A stretch of DNA of 26,954 nt from Sulfurimonadaceae bacterium (GTDB lineage Bacteria > Campylobacterota > Campylobacteria > Campylobacterales > Sulfurimonadaceae). Within the stretch, counting starts at the first letter, position 1; each line of letters opens with the position of its first letter. Positions 8,845-19,149 of this stretch are shown in pieces. Location: positions 1 through 26,954 of the forward strand of contig JBFESZ010000020.1 in assembly GCA_041548245.1 (NCBI GenBank). Direction: 5' to 3'. Under the pieces are notes generated by a model. The model searched no databases, had not been told where the DNA came from, and saw only the letters and a program-made list of their open reading frames with translations. The translations under genes were made by a program, and so were the position numbers.

Positions 8845-10842
8845 ATGAAGATTACATATACCGATGTTTTAGTCGTAGGCGGGGGCTTAGCTGGTCTTCG
8901 CACAGCTACCGGAGCAAAAAAGAGAGGGCTGGATGTAATATTATTGAGTCTGGTACCGCCTAAGCGTTCTCACTCTGCAGCCGCACAGGGAGGCATGCAG
9001 GCAAGTTTGGCGAACAGTGCCAAAGGGAAGGGAGACAATGAAGATGTCCACTTTATGGATACTGTCAAGGGAAGCGACTGGGGGGCAGACCAGAACGTTG
9101 TGCGTATGTTTGTCAATACCGCTCCTAAGGCGATTCGTGAGATGGCATCTATAGGAGTACCCTGGACACGTGTGAAAGCAGGTAAACATACGGCTATCAT
9201 CAATGCACAGAAGGTAACGATTACTGAGGATGAAGAAGCCCATGGACTGATTACTGCACGTGATTTTGGAGGCACGAAGAAGTGGCGTACCTGTTATACA
9301 TCAGACGGTACGGGTCACAGTATGCTCTTTGCTATGGATAATAAGGCACAAGAAGAGAAGATTGAGGTTCGTGAGCGTATGGAGGTTGTTTCATTAATCC
9401 ATGAAAACAATCGTTGTTACGGTGCTGTTGCAAGAAATCTGATAACAGGGGAGTTGGTCGCTTATATCGCAAAGGCGACTACCATTGCAACAGGTGGCTA
9501 CGGGCGCATCTATGCTGTTTCGACCAATGCTGTTATCTGTCAGGGGATGGGGCAGGCAGTTGCTCTTGAAACAGGTATCGCTAGCCTAGGAAATATGGAA
9601 GCTATCCAGTTTCACCCTACAGCCATTGTACCTGTTGGGATTCTTACCACAGAAGGGTGCCGGGGTGATGGCGGTGTTTTAAGAGATGTTGATGGATACC
9701 GTTTTATGCCTGATTATGAACCAGAAAAAAAAGAGTTGGCTTCGCGTGACGTCGTTTCCCGTCGTATGACGGAACACATGCGAAAAGGCAAAGGAGTCAA
9801 GTCTCGTTATGGTGATCATCTATGGCTTGATATTACGATATTGGGACGTGAGCATATAGAGAAGAATCTCAGAGAGGTTAAAGAGATCTGTGAGAGCTTT
9901 TTGGGCATTGACCCTGCTGAAGAGTATATCCCTGTAAGACCGACTCAACACTATTCGATGGGTGGTATTCGCACTAATTACAAAGGAGAATCGCAAACGA
10001 TGCGAGGGCTTTATTCATGTGGTGAGGCTGCCTGTTGGGACATGCATGGTTTTAACCGTTTGGGTGGGAATTCAGTTGCAGAGACAGTCGTTTCAGGTAT
10101 GTTGGTTGCGGAATATATCGCCGATTTTTGTGCAAGTGAAGAGAGTAACATAGAGATATCAACATCAACGATTGAAGGCTTTATCAAAAAAGAGCAGAAC
10201 AAACTTGAGGCTTTAATCAATAATGAAAATGGAGAAGATGTCTATCCGATTCGTCGTGAAATGGAAAAGATTATGATGGAAAAAGTCGGTATTTTCAGAA
10301 ATGAAGATGACTTGCAATCCGCTGTTCAAGAGTTAGAAGCCTTGCTGATACGAAGTAGAAACATTGAAGTCAAGCATAAGACCCTCGTAGCCAATCCTGA
10401 ACTGGTCAATGCCTATAGAACACAAAGAATGTTAAAACTTGCCTTGTGCGTTGCCAAAGGGGCACTTGAACGCAGAGAAAGTCGTGGAGCGCATGCGCGT
10501 GAAGATTACCCGGAACGCAATGACAAAGAGTGGTTAAAACGTACAATCACGACGTGGCCTGATGAAAATCAGACTATACCGACTATCTCGTATGAGAGTA
10601 TAGAGATAGAGTCTATGGAACTTCCTCCTGGGTTTAGAGGGTATGGAAAAGACAACACCATTGTAAGTGAACGTTCCGTCCAGAGACAAGCGGAAGTAGA
10701 CAATATAAGAGAAAAACTTGAAGAAGAAGGTAAAGACCGTTTTGAAATACAAGAGGCTTTAATGCCGTATTTGCATCTTTTACCGAAAAAATATCAAGGA
10801 CGCAACGAGCGTTTGGAGGAGAGATTTAATGAACAGCAATGA
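8845..10842 (+). CDS. frdA: Fumarate reductase flavoprotein subunit
   Basis: [16 protein letters not shown] (covalent FAD His), [44 protein letters not shown]. Confidence 0.97.
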   Translation: MKITYTDVLVVGGGLAGLRTATGAKKRGLDVILLSLVPPKRSHSAAAQGGMQASLANSAKGKGDNEDVHFMDTVKGSDWGADQNVVRMFVNTAPKAIREMASIGVPWTRVKAGKHTAIINAQKVTITEDEEAHGLITARDFGGTKKWRTCYTSDGTGHSMLFAMDNKAQEEKIEVRERMEVVSLIHENNRCYGAVARNLITGELVAYIAKATTIATGGYGRIYAVSTNAVICQGMGQAVALETGIASLGNMEAIQFHPTAIVPVGILTTEGCRGDGGVLRDVDGYRFMPDYEPEKKELASRDVVSRRMTEHMRKGKGVKSRYGDHLWLDITILGREHIEKNLREVKEICESFLGIDPAEEYIPVRPTQHYSMGGIRTNYKGESQTMRGLYSCGEAACWDMHGFNRLGGNSVAETVVSGMLVAEYIADFCASEESNIEISTSTIEGFIKKEQNKLEALINNENGEDVYPIRREMEKIMMEKVGIFRNEDDLQSAVQELEALLIRSRNIEVKHKTLVANPELVNAYRTQRMLKLALCVAKGALERRESRGAHAREDYPERNDKEWLKRTITTWPDENQTIPTISYESIEIESMELPPGFRGYGKDNTIVSERSVQRQAEVDNIREKLEEEGKDRFEIQEALMPYLHLLPKKYQGRNERLEERFNEQQ

Positions 10843-11566
10843 AACGAACCGAATTTTAAAGATATCTGTCTTGCGATTCAATCCCAATGAAAAAGGGGAT
10901 AAACCGCGTGTAGAGACCTTTGAACTTGAAGAAGCTCCCGGAATGACTCTATTTATTGCGCTCAATGACATACGTGAAAAGTATGATGCCTCTTTAAAGT
11001 TTGATTTCGTCTGCCGGGCAGGGATCTGCGGAAGTTGTGGGATGATTATCAATGGAAAGCCGGGATTGGCCTGTCGTACCTTAACGGCAAAACTGGGTGA
11101 AGAGATAACGCTCGCACCGCTTCCTGTGTTCGAACTCATTGGTGATCTATCCGTGTATACAGGGAAATGGATGCGTGGTATGAACGAACGTGTTGAAGCA
11201 TGGATTCATAAGGAAGAGGAGAAAGAGATAGATCTCGACCGTCTTGAAGAGAAGATGGACCCGGATCTGTCCAACGAGATTTATGAGGTTGACCGTTGTG
11301 TAGAATGCGGGTGCTGTGTTGCAGGTTGCGGGACAATGGTCATGCGTGATCAGTTTATAGGAGCTGTGGGGCTGAATAAAGTGGCACGTTATTCACTCGA
11401 TCCAAGAGATGCGCGTACGGATGAGGATTATTATAATATTATTGGTGATGACAATGGGATTTTCGGCTGTATGTCACTTATGGGTTGTGAAGACCTTTGC
11501 CCAAAGGATCTCCCACTGCAATCAAAGATAGCCTACCTAAGAAGAAAGATGGTTGAGTTAAGATAA
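10829..11566 (+). CDS. frdB: Fumarate reductase iron-sulfur subunit
   Basis: CRAGICGSC...C (2Fe-2S), [11 protein letters not shown] (4Fe-4S), [13 protein letters not shown] (3Fe-4S); overlaps the end of frdA. Confidence 0.97.
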   Translation: MNSNETNRILKISVLRFNPNEKGDKPRVETFELEEAPGMTLFIALNDIREKYDASLKFDFVCRAGICGSCGMIINGKPGLACRTLTAKLGEEITLAPLPVFELIGDLSVYTGKWMRGMNERVEAWIHKEEEKEIDLDRLEEKMDPDLSNEIYEVDRCVECGCCVAGCGTMVMRDQFIGAVGLNKVARYSLDPRDARTDEDYYNIIGDDNGIFGCMSLMGCEDLCPKDLPLQSKIAYLRRKMVELR

Positions 11567-11614
11567 AAGATATCAAGTCATACATTCACACTTTTTCATC
11601 GAGGGAATGATTCC

Positions 11615-13450
11615 TTAGTACTCCTGAAACATGTCAGGAGTAAACTCTACAATCTTGTTGCGTCCCTTGTTTTTAGCTTCATATAAAGCAGTGTCGGCAT
11701 ATTTAATAGTCTTCCATATGGAATCGGAGTCTTCAGGCAGCTTAGCAATGCCTATGCTTAAAGTCTTTGAAATCGTTTCAGATCCAATAGTGAATGTCTT
11801 TTCACTAAAGCTTGTGTGAATAGCAGAAGCAATCTTCATAGTCGCCTCGGACGTCGTGCGACGAAGCAGAACCAAAAACTCTTCTCCCCCGTAGCGTACA
11901 GCCATGTCTGATGCCCGAATGGATGACTTTAAAATCTCACTAAGTGCTTTAATGACAGTATCTCCAACGTCATGACCATAGGTGTCGTTAATCAGTTTGA
12001 AATAATCAATATCGATCATCATGATGTCATAGTTACTCTTGTCTCTTTGTATGTTTGCCTGTTCCTGTTCGATATACTCCTCTAGGAAACGTCTATTGAA
12101 GAGCCCCGTTAAAGCATCACGCAGGGATGATTCACGCAGGATATCCATCAATATCTTGCTTTCGACCACCGGTTTGGCTGCCTCATAATAATTTCTGATA
12201 CTGGTTATTTTGTTGCTGATCTCATCGAGTTGCTCTTTTGTTGACGCCGATATCGATAGGATTAGCGAGTAATCATTATTAATATTAAATGGCAAACAGG
12301 TATATTCAAGTTTTCCATTATGCGTGCATGCCGAACAAAGGTTTGGGAAATCACTTGAGATGATATCTGTGGCTGTTCTAAAAGCCCGGCATTCCAGTGC
12401 GTCGCTGTCAGCCTGATGGGAACAGAAACTCTCACCCTGGGTAATATAAAGCAGGTTTCTCTCTTTGCGCAGATGATTAACCTCATACATAGCAAAGTGT
12501 TTAAGTCCAAATTTACACTCTAACAGATGGTAAATTCGTTCATAGATGGCATACTTGTCTTTATCAAGTTCAATAGTCTTTTTAAATTTATAGATATCAG
12601 CCAGCTCATGGATGATACTGCTGGCTTCATGAAGAGGGTCTGAACATGAGATATGGTTGCGTGCTACAAAACTGTGCAACTGTTCTTTGATGTTGCCGAA
12701 GGCATCTTGCATCTTCTCAAACAGATCATTCATCTGATCCGTAACCTCTTTGCCTTCTCCTTTTAGCCGCGTAGTAAAGCGGTATGTGAAATCACCCATA
12801 TAAGCTTTTTTTGTCCCCTCGCGCAGATTGTTGAACAGACACATATAGGGCTTGAAATAGTGGTTGGTCAAATAGAGGGCGATCAGTAAAAAGATTAGAT
12901 TGATACCAAATATCTTGGCCATGGTCAGTGTCCCTGCCTCGCGGATATCCTCAATATTAAACTCCATGCTGATAGCACCCAGAACTTCACCCTCTTTGGC
13001 ATTGTGGCATGATAGACAATCCGGTGTACTGTAAGCGGTGGCAATATAGGGGATACTGACACGAAGAATAGCACGTTCAGCATCTTCAATAATCTTTCGG
13101 ACAGGTTTGCCTTGACTTAAGACCTGATCATCCAGTGCATCTCTAGTAATCTCATTTTTCAGCCCGGTGCCATACTGAGCAATGGTATTATCTGCGCGTA
13201 CTATCCATAAATTTTCGACATCTTTTGACTCCGCAATGTTCCGTAAGAAAAACTCGCGTTTATCCATGATACCATTTACCATATGTGCGGTTAAACCGTC
13301 ACGCACGATTTCAGCCGTCATCTTTGACTTTTCTATGGCATTGTTATAAGCGTATTCCCTAAAGTTGACTGCGACATTGATGATGGTTGCAGTAGCCAGG
13401 CCGATTAGCATCAGAGTAACGATAAGCAGGAGTTTTCTGTTTGTGTTCAT
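11615..13450 (-). CDS. Membrane-bound diguanylate cyclase: TM - periplasmic sensor with CxxCH - TM - HAMP-like - GAF-like - GGDEF
   Basis: DALTGLFNRR, MIDIDYFKLINDTYGHDVGD, RASD..RYGGEEF (I-site and active site), ADTALYEAKNKGRN; CLSCH lies between two hydrophobic helices. Confidence 0.9.
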   Translation of the reverse strand: MNTNRKLLLIVTLMLIGLATATIINVAVNFREYAYNNAIEKSKMTAEIVRDGLTAHMVNGIMDKREFFLRNIAESKDVENLWIVRADNTIAQYGTGLKNEITRDALDDQVLSQGKPVRKIIEDAERAILRVSIPYIATAYSTPDCLSCHNAKEGEVLGAISMEFNIEDIREAGTLTMAKIFGINLIFLLIALYLTNHYFKPYMCLFNNLREGTKKAYMGDFTYRFTTRLKGEGKEVTDQMNDLFEKMQDAFGNIKEQLHSFVARNHISCSDPLHEASSIIHELADIYKFKKTIELDKDKYAIYERIYHLLECKFGLKHFAMYEVNHLRKERNLLYITQGESFCSHQADSDALECRAFRTATDIISSDFPNLCSACTHNGKLEYTCLPFNINNDYSLILSISASTKEQLDEISNKITSIRNYYEAAKPVVESKILMDILRESSLRDALTGLFNRRFLEEYIEQEQANIQRDKSNYDIMMIDIDYFKLINDTYGHDVGDTVIKALSEILKSSIRASDMAVRYGGEEFLVLLRRTTSEATMKIASAIHTSFSEKTFTIGSETISKTLSIGIAKLPEDSDSIWKTIKYADTALYEAKNKGRNKIVEFTPDMFQEY

Positions 13451-13488
13451 GTCAAAACTTTATGATAATATTAGTATTAATTATCTTC

Positions 13489-13497
13489 AGTATATCA
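13489..13497 (-). promoter_or_regulatory. Extended -10 promoter (TGnTATACT) for the diguanylate cyclase
   Basis: Minus strand TGATATACT, 38 nt upstream of the ATG. Confidence 0.55.
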
Positions 13498-13632
13498 ATT
13501 GAAACTTTAAATATATATTTAAGTGGAATATTTTAGATTTTAGAAAAAAGATTTTGCTCTCTTGAGTAGGTTAAGTGTATGAGAACGCTATTGCAGGTAA
13601 AAGTTCACAAATAGAGTTGGTTCCCGTTTATA

Positions 13633-15444
13633 TTATTCAACGGTAACCGATTTGGCAAGATTACGAGGCATGTCGACATCATTACCCAAACGGACAGATA
13701 TCTCCAGTGAAAGGATCTGTAAAACGACCATCATTTCAAAAAACTCATGCATATAGTGGGTACGGCTGTTGGTTTTGATGAAGTCATCTGCTTTGTCAAA
13801 TTCAATCGAAGAGATAGCACAGATAGTACTGTCACGTGCCGACAGCTCTTCCACATTGGATTTCGTCTTGTCATACAGAAGGTTTGTCGGCATAAGTGCA
13901 ATAGTGAAAAGCTCAGGATCAGCCAAGGCAATAGGACCATGTTTCATCTCGCCAGATGGGTATCCTTCAGCATGCAGGTATGAGATCTCTTTAAGTTTTA
14001 AAGCACCTTCCAAAGCAAGCGGATAGAAGACGTCCCTGCCGATAAAAAAGAAACCGTGCCCATGTAGATAACGCTTGGAGAGGCGTCGGATCTTTTCATG
14101 GAGTTCATCGGTAACTACAACAGTCGAAGGAACCTCTCGAAGCAGGGATATATGCTGGGATATTTCTTCCGCATTCAGAGATGATCGAAGTTTTGCTATA
14201 TATAAAGAGAGCATCCAAAACACCACCATCTGTGTAGCAAAGGCTTTTGTTGAAGCGACACCTTTTTCTATACCGGCACGGGTTAGAATAGAGGCGTCTG
14301 CTTCACGCACCATTGATGAATTGTCTACATTACAGATGACTAAGGATCTAAGACCTGCTGCCTTTGCCATTTTAAGTGTCTCAAGGGTATCAGCTGTTTC
14401 ACCGCTTTGTGAGATGGCGATGAAGAGGGTGTCTTGAGTTAACAAGGGCTCTTTATAGCGGAACTCACTGGCGATCTCGACAGAACAGCGTATTTTGGAA
14501 TAGCGTTCAAAAAGATATGAAGCAGCAAGGGCTGAATGATAGGATGTCCCACAAGCACAGAGTTTTACCTCGTTTATGCCATCAAAGAGATGTTCATCCA
14601 ACTCTTCAAAGTTGATACTTGCTTCGCCTAAACGGCCAATCAAGGTATCGGAGATAACCTGGGACTGTTCATAAATCTCTTTTTCCATGAAGAATCGATA
14701 CCCCTCTTTTTGTGCTGAAAGCTTCGAAGATGGAAGGGTCTTTAATATAGGTTCGATCTTATTATAAGAGGCATCAAATAGCTCGACAGAGTCTACGGTT
14801 ACATAGCCGTTTTCACCGTCATTAAGATAGATTACGTCTGAGCATAAACCGATCAATGGCGTGTCAGAAGAGGCAAAGTGCTTCTCTTCTTTACCTAAAC
14901 CTATCAACATCGGTGAACCGTTTTTGGCAAAGAAGATTGTTTCAGGTGCCGACTTGCTGATCAGTAAAATTGCATAAGCACCCTCCAGTTCATCAAGGGT
15001 TGCTCTAAATGCTTTGATGGGGTCTTTGAGACGCTTGTTGTTTGATTCAAAAAGATGGACGATGACTTCAGTGTCAGTTTGGGACAGAAAGTTTACACCT
15101 TCAGCTATAAGACGCTGTTTTAGTTCTTGGTAGTTTTCAATAATCCCGTTATGGACGACATAAGAGCATTCACCGATATGAGGATGTGCATTAAGTTCAG
15201 TCGGTTTTCCATGTGTAGCCCAGCGTGTATGGCCAATACCGATAGAAAATCCATGGGGAGCAAAGTCTTGAGTCTTGTTTCTTAAGTTTTCTAGTTTACC
15301 AACTGCCTTGTAAATGGAAAAATCATCACCTTGAAGTACGGCGATTCCTGCTGAGTCATACCCTCGATATTCAAGTTCGCCTAATCCGTTTAAAAGGATC
15401 TCTTTAATGTTGTTTTTTCCAATATACCCGACAATTCCACACAT
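13633..15444 (-). CDS. glmS: Glutamine--fructose-6-phosphate aminotransferase (isomerizing)
   Basis: MCGIVG, LEYRGYDSAG, GHTRWATHG, HNGIIEN, SQSGETADT, VASTKAF, EGALKLKEISY, C-terminal PRNLAKSVTVE. Confidence 0.99.
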   Translation of the reverse strand: MCGIVGYIGKNNIKEILLNGLGELEYRGYDSAGIAVLQGDDFSIYKAVGKLENLRNKTQDFAPHGFSIGIGHTRWATHGKPTELNAHPHIGECSYVVHNGIIENYQELKQRLIAEGVNFLSQTDTEVIVHLFESNNKRLKDPIKAFRATLDELEGAYAILLISKSAPETIFFAKNGSPMLIGLGKEEKHFASSDTPLIGLCSDVIYLNDGENGYVTVDSVELFDASYNKIEPILKTLPSSKLSAQKEGYRFFMEKEIYEQSQVISDTLIGRLGEASINFEELDEHLFDGINEVKLCACGTSYHSALAASYLFERYSKIRCSVEIASEFRYKEPLLTQDTLFIAISQSGETADTLETLKMAKAAGLRSLVICNVDNSSMVREADASILTRAGIEKGVASTKAFATQMVVFWMLSLYIAKLRSSLNAEEISQHISLLREVPSTVVVTDELHEKIRRLSKRYLHGHGFFFIGRDVFYPLALEGALKLKEISYLHAEGYPSGEMKHGPIALADPELFTIALMPTNLLYDKTKSNVEELSARDSTICAISSIEFDKADDFIKTNSRTHYMHEFFEMMVVLQILSLEISVRLGNDVDMPRNLAKSVTVE

Positions 15445-15447
15445 ATG

Positions 15448-17958
15448 TTATACCTTATTCACTAACGCTTCAATAATTTTTTCGGTATTATGACAGACAT
15501 TTTGGTGTTTTTCTATTAAAAACTGATCACGGGCACGATTTTTGATGGTGTGAACCTTGGCTGTTGCAATATCGATTTCCATGTCATCGAAAGCTTTGAT
15601 GACATACGCAAGCAACCCGGATTGGTCATGAGTATTGATACTCAGACGGGCATAGGTGTTTGAATGTTCACAATCAAGGCTTATTTCATTTGCTTTGATA
15701 TCAGGTTTTACCAGGACGATGTTTTTTTGCATATCAAAAGCGTCTTCTATAATCTCTTGAATATGATAAACATCGTCTTCATTAATGGGCTGAGAGAACT
15801 CGATCTTAAAATATTTAATGCCGTCGTACAGTTTGAAAATATCCATGGCCACAATATTTAAAAAGTTTAGTTTACCCAGAAGATAGCCCAGGTTTAAAGG
15901 AATATCTTTGATGATTTCAATGATGAGATGAGGAGCATGGGTGATACTGAATGCATATTTGTCTAAATTTTTTGTTTTTTGAGACAAGCTAACGATCTCC
16001 TGGGGTTTGTTCTTGATAAAAAAGAGATTTGACTCAATGGATAGAATGCGTTTCTGTTCTAATTTACTCAGTGACAAAAATAGAGCATTCTTTTTCAGGG
16101 CGTCTTCACTTTTTCTGCGCTTTTCAGCTTCATCGATCATCTCTTTGTTGTCAATGACCTCCAAGGAAGCATGATAGAGCTCACGAAGAAGTTTTGCATT
16201 AAAAGAGTTGTAGGTCTTTTGGCTGACACCGTTAATATCCGCATAAGTCAGGACAAAAAGAAGTTTCAAGGTCCGTTCGTCTTTAATTTTTGAGATAAAA
16301 GAGAAGAGGATATTTTCATGATAAAAATCCTCCCGAAAAGCAACACGGCTCATAGCAATATGGTGTTTGATTAAAACGGTACCAATCTCAATGAGCTCTT
16401 CTGAGATATTGAGGTTTGAAGCATAGGCATTAAAGAGTTTTGCTCCTACAAGAGAGTGGTCCTGTTTTCTTCCCTTTCCTGTATCGTGAAGGAGCGTAGT
16501 CATATGCAGAAGCATGCGCTCTTCAGGCGTGAATTCTTTATAGATTTCCAAAGCCAGGGGGTCTTTGATGTCTTCAAGCGCTTTGATACACATAAGTGAA
16601 TGCAGATCCACAGGATGAGTATGATAACCGTCAAACTGGGGAAGGAACATGACCTTTGAAAAAGGTGAGATAATATCAGCAAGAATGCCGGTATCAAAGA
16701 AGAGTTGAAGTATACAGTGCAAATAGCGTTTGGAAAAAAGTTTAAGCAGTAAAGCTTTTTCTTTTTTTCTGAGTTTGCCTTGCATCAAATAAGGTGATAT
16801 ACATTTGTATACCGAAGGATCGAATTGCAGGTCCTTGTCCTGAAGCTCTGACAAAAACTCTAGGAGTTGGATACGATTAATGGGTCTGTGATTGAAACTA
16901 GCATATATCTTTCCCTCGGTCTCATAAAAGCCATGTACCGTTCTGGCTTTTCTAAAAATAGGTATATTGCTATTATTGTACAGAAAGGGACGGGAGAGCT
17001 TATAGGTGTATATCTGTGTAAAGTGATTGATCACCCACATCGCGTGCATTGTTTTGGTTACCAGCAGACGCTGAGAGCTAAAACCCAGTTTTTTAGTCAC
17101 TTCGGGAATATATTCCAATATTAGGACATCCTGCTGTTTTTTAGCGATAATATGCAGAGCACTGCGCACACGAAAGAGAAGTTCTAAGGCGATACGATAC
17201 TCTTTGTACTCTTCTTCGTCAAAAAGTGCACCACTGAGTTCTTTTAGATTCTTGCACCCATGGACAGTATGAGCCAGCCAAAACAGAAGATGGGCGTCTC
17301 GCAGACTTCCAATCGACTCTTTGACATTTGGCTGCATACAAGAGGGAAACTTTTCTCTTCGGATTCTGGATTCTTCCATCTTGGCGAGGATGAACTCTTT
17401 TTGATCCTGTCGACGGATACGATTAAGTTCTCTTGTGGTCCTCATCCATAAAAAGTTTGAACCAGTGATAAAGCGTGATTCGGAAAAAGCAGTCCTGATA
17501 GTGATCTCTTCTTGCGATGCTTTAAACAAATCACCTAGTTCATGGACGCGGTGTCCGAGTTTCAAGCCAGAGTCCCATGCAAGATAGAGGAACTTTTCAA
17601 TGATATGTTGTGTATTGAACCCTTCAGAGTGCTCAAAAACAATCATCAGGTCAATATCGCTGTGAACACATAACTGTTCACGTCCGTAAGAGCCCAAGGC
17701 AATAAAAGCGATAGGGATGTTGTTTCTCATGGGGATATAATGGTTGAATGTTTTACGCAAAACAATTTTATACATCATATTGATGATATGGTCTAATTGT
17801 TTGGTGTGACGTACCAGAAAGTCCTTGCCTTGGTTGGCCTCAAAAAGATCACTCAAGCCTTCTTTATACTCACTGATATACTGTTTAAATAGCTTGGAAA
17901 TCTCAAAATCAGGTGCATTGGATTCAATGAGGTCTTCTATACGGTTTGTAATATCCAT
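15448..17958 (-). CDS. glnD: PII uridylyltransferase / uridylyl-removing enzyme
   Basis: NTase motif ALGSYGREQLCVHSDIDL, PNVKESIGSLRD, PQFDGYHTHPVDLHS, HD motif LLHDTGKGR..DHS..GA, LTYADI, C-terminal ACT (DQSGLL..IATAKVHT..ARDQF). Confidence 0.9.
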   Translation of the reverse strand: MDITNRIEDLIESNAPDFEISKLFKQYISEYKEGLSDLFEANQGKDFLVRHTKQLDHIINMMYKIVLRKTFNHYIPMRNNIPIAFIALGSYGREQLCVHSDIDLMIVFEHSEGFNTQHIIEKFLYLAWDSGLKLGHRVHELGDLFKASQEEITIRTAFSESRFITGSNFLWMRTTRELNRIRRQDQKEFILAKMEESRIRREKFPSCMQPNVKESIGSLRDAHLLFWLAHTVHGCKNLKELSGALFDEEEYKEYRIALELLFRVRSALHIIAKKQQDVLILEYIPEVTKKLGFSSQRLLVTKTMHAMWVINHFTQIYTYKLSRPFLYNNSNIPIFRKARTVHGFYETEGKIYASFNHRPINRIQLLEFLSELQDKDLQFDPSVYKCISPYLMQGKLRKKEKALLLKLFSKRYLHCILQLFFDTGILADIISPFSKVMFLPQFDGYHTHPVDLHSLMCIKALEDIKDPLALEIYKEFTPEERMLLHMTTLLHDTGKGRKQDHSLVGAKLFNAYASNLNISEELIEIGTVLIKHHIAMSRVAFREDFYHENILFSFISKIKDERTLKLLFVLTYADINGVSQKTYNSFNAKLLRELYHASLEVIDNKEMIDEAEKRRKSEDALKKNALFLSLSKLEQKRILSIESNLFFIKNKPQEIVSLSQKTKNLDKYAFSITHAPHLIIEIIKDIPLNLGYLLGKLNFLNIVAMDIFKLYDGIKYFKIEFSQPINEDDVYHIQEIIEDAFDMQKNIVLVKPDIKANEISLDCEHSNTYARLSINTHDQSGLLAYVIKAFDDMEIDIATAKVHTIKNRARDQFLIEKHQNVCHNTEKIIEALVNKV

Positions 17959-17987
17959 TTTTTATACTTTCATCTATAAATCTTCTT

Positions 17988-18029
17988 ATTATATCGAAGA
18001 ATTGTTTTCTAAGAACTATACGATATAAT
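17988..18029. promoter_or_regulatory. Divergent promoter pair for glnD and mqnE, both with CGATATAAT
   Basis: ATTATATCG at 17988-17996 and CGATATAAT at 18021-18029 form a perfect 9-bp inverted repeat; each half is a GnTATAAT -10 facing its gene. Confidence 0.65.
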
Positions 18030-18061
18030 TCCCAAAAATATGAAAACGGTATGTATAAAAA

Positions 18062-19123
18062 ATGGACATTGTAGATAAAATTAGAGCGGGTGAACGAATA
18101 AATTACGATGAAGCCTTGTCTTTGTATGATTTTGATCTTTTTGAACTTGGTGAATTAGCTGATCAGAGGCGTAAGGCCTTGCATGGGAAAAAGACCTATT
18201 TTAATATTAATCGTCATATCAACCCTACGAATATTTGCAAGGATATCTGCAAGTTTTGTGCCTATTCTGCAAGCCGTAAGAACCCAAAACCCTATACGCT
18301 TAAGCATGAAGAGATAATGGAGATTGTCGATGATATAGCATCTCGTGGTATCACGGAAGTCCATATTGTTTCTGCACACAATCCTGATACAGGTTTGGAC
18401 TGGTATACGACAGTTTTTTCAAAGATCAAAGCAAAGTATCCACAAATACATATAAAAGCCTTGACAGCGGCTGAAATACATTTTCTTTCTGAAGAATATG
18501 GAAAAAGTTATGATGAGATCATTGACATCATGATAGCTAATGGTGTTGACTCACTTCCCGGAGGAGGAGCAGAGATCTTTGATGAAGAGGTACGCGATTA
18601 TATATGCAAGGGGAAGGTGACGTCTGAACAATGGCTTGAGATCCACGAAAAGTGGCACAATAGAGGACGAAAGTCTAATGTGACCATGTTGTTTGGGCAT
18701 GTGGAGGAGCGTCGTCACCGCATCGATCATATGATGCGTATTCGTGATCTTCAAGACAAGACAGGGGGCTTTAACTGTTTCATACCGCTTGTTTATCAGA
18801 CGGAAAACAACTTCTTGAATATTAAAGAAGACATTACTGGTCAGGAGATCTTAAAGACCTATGCTATTGCCAGACTTTTACTGGATAACGTTGCGAATTT
18901 AAAAGCTTATTGGGTGACGTCAACGGTCAATTTGGCTTTGGTTGCCCAAGAGTTTGGATGTAATGATTTGGATGGAACGATAGAGAAAGAGTCTATTAAT
19001 TCAGCTGCAGGGGCAAAATCTGCTTCGGGTATCGAGCTCAATGAATTTGTTGCCCTGATACGAAATGCAGGATTTACCCCTGTTGAGCGTGACAGTCTTT
19101 ACAACGAGATCAAAGTCTGGTAG
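18062..19123 (+). CDS. mqnE: Aminodeoxyfutalosine synthase (radical SAM, futalosine menaquinone pathway)
   Basis: FNINRHINPTNICKDICKFCAY (CxxxCxxC), EVHIV, PGGGAEIF, TMLFGHVE, IKA/LKAYW, DLDGTI..E.I..AAGA, PVERDSLYN. These fit MqnE better than MqnC. Confidence 0.88.
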   Translation: MDIVDKIRAGERINYDEALSLYDFDLFELGELADQRRKALHGKKTYFNINRHINPTNICKDICKFCAYSASRKNPKPYTLKHEEIMEIVDDIASRGITEVHIVSAHNPDTGLDWYTTVFSKIKAKYPQIHIKALTAAEIHFLSEEYGKSYDEIIDIMIANGVDSLPGGGAEIFDEEVRDYICKGKVTSEQWLEIHEKWHNRGRKSNVTMLFGHVEERRHRIDHMMRIRDLQDKTGGFNCFIPLVYQTENNFLNIKEDITGQEILKTYAIARLLLDNVANLKAYWVTSTVNLALVAQEFGCNDLDGTIEKESINSAAGAKSASGIELNEFVALIRNAGFTPVERDSLYNEIKVW

Positions 19124-19149
19124 GCCAGATAACTTCATAAGAGATAAAC

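Noticed and set aside
11602..11616. GGAAT-G-ATTCC dyad between convergent frdB and the DGC gene, as a bidirectional terminator
   Set aside because: Stem too short and no flanking U-tracts.
15444..15450. glmS ribozyme
   Set aside because: Only 3 nt separate glnD and glmS.
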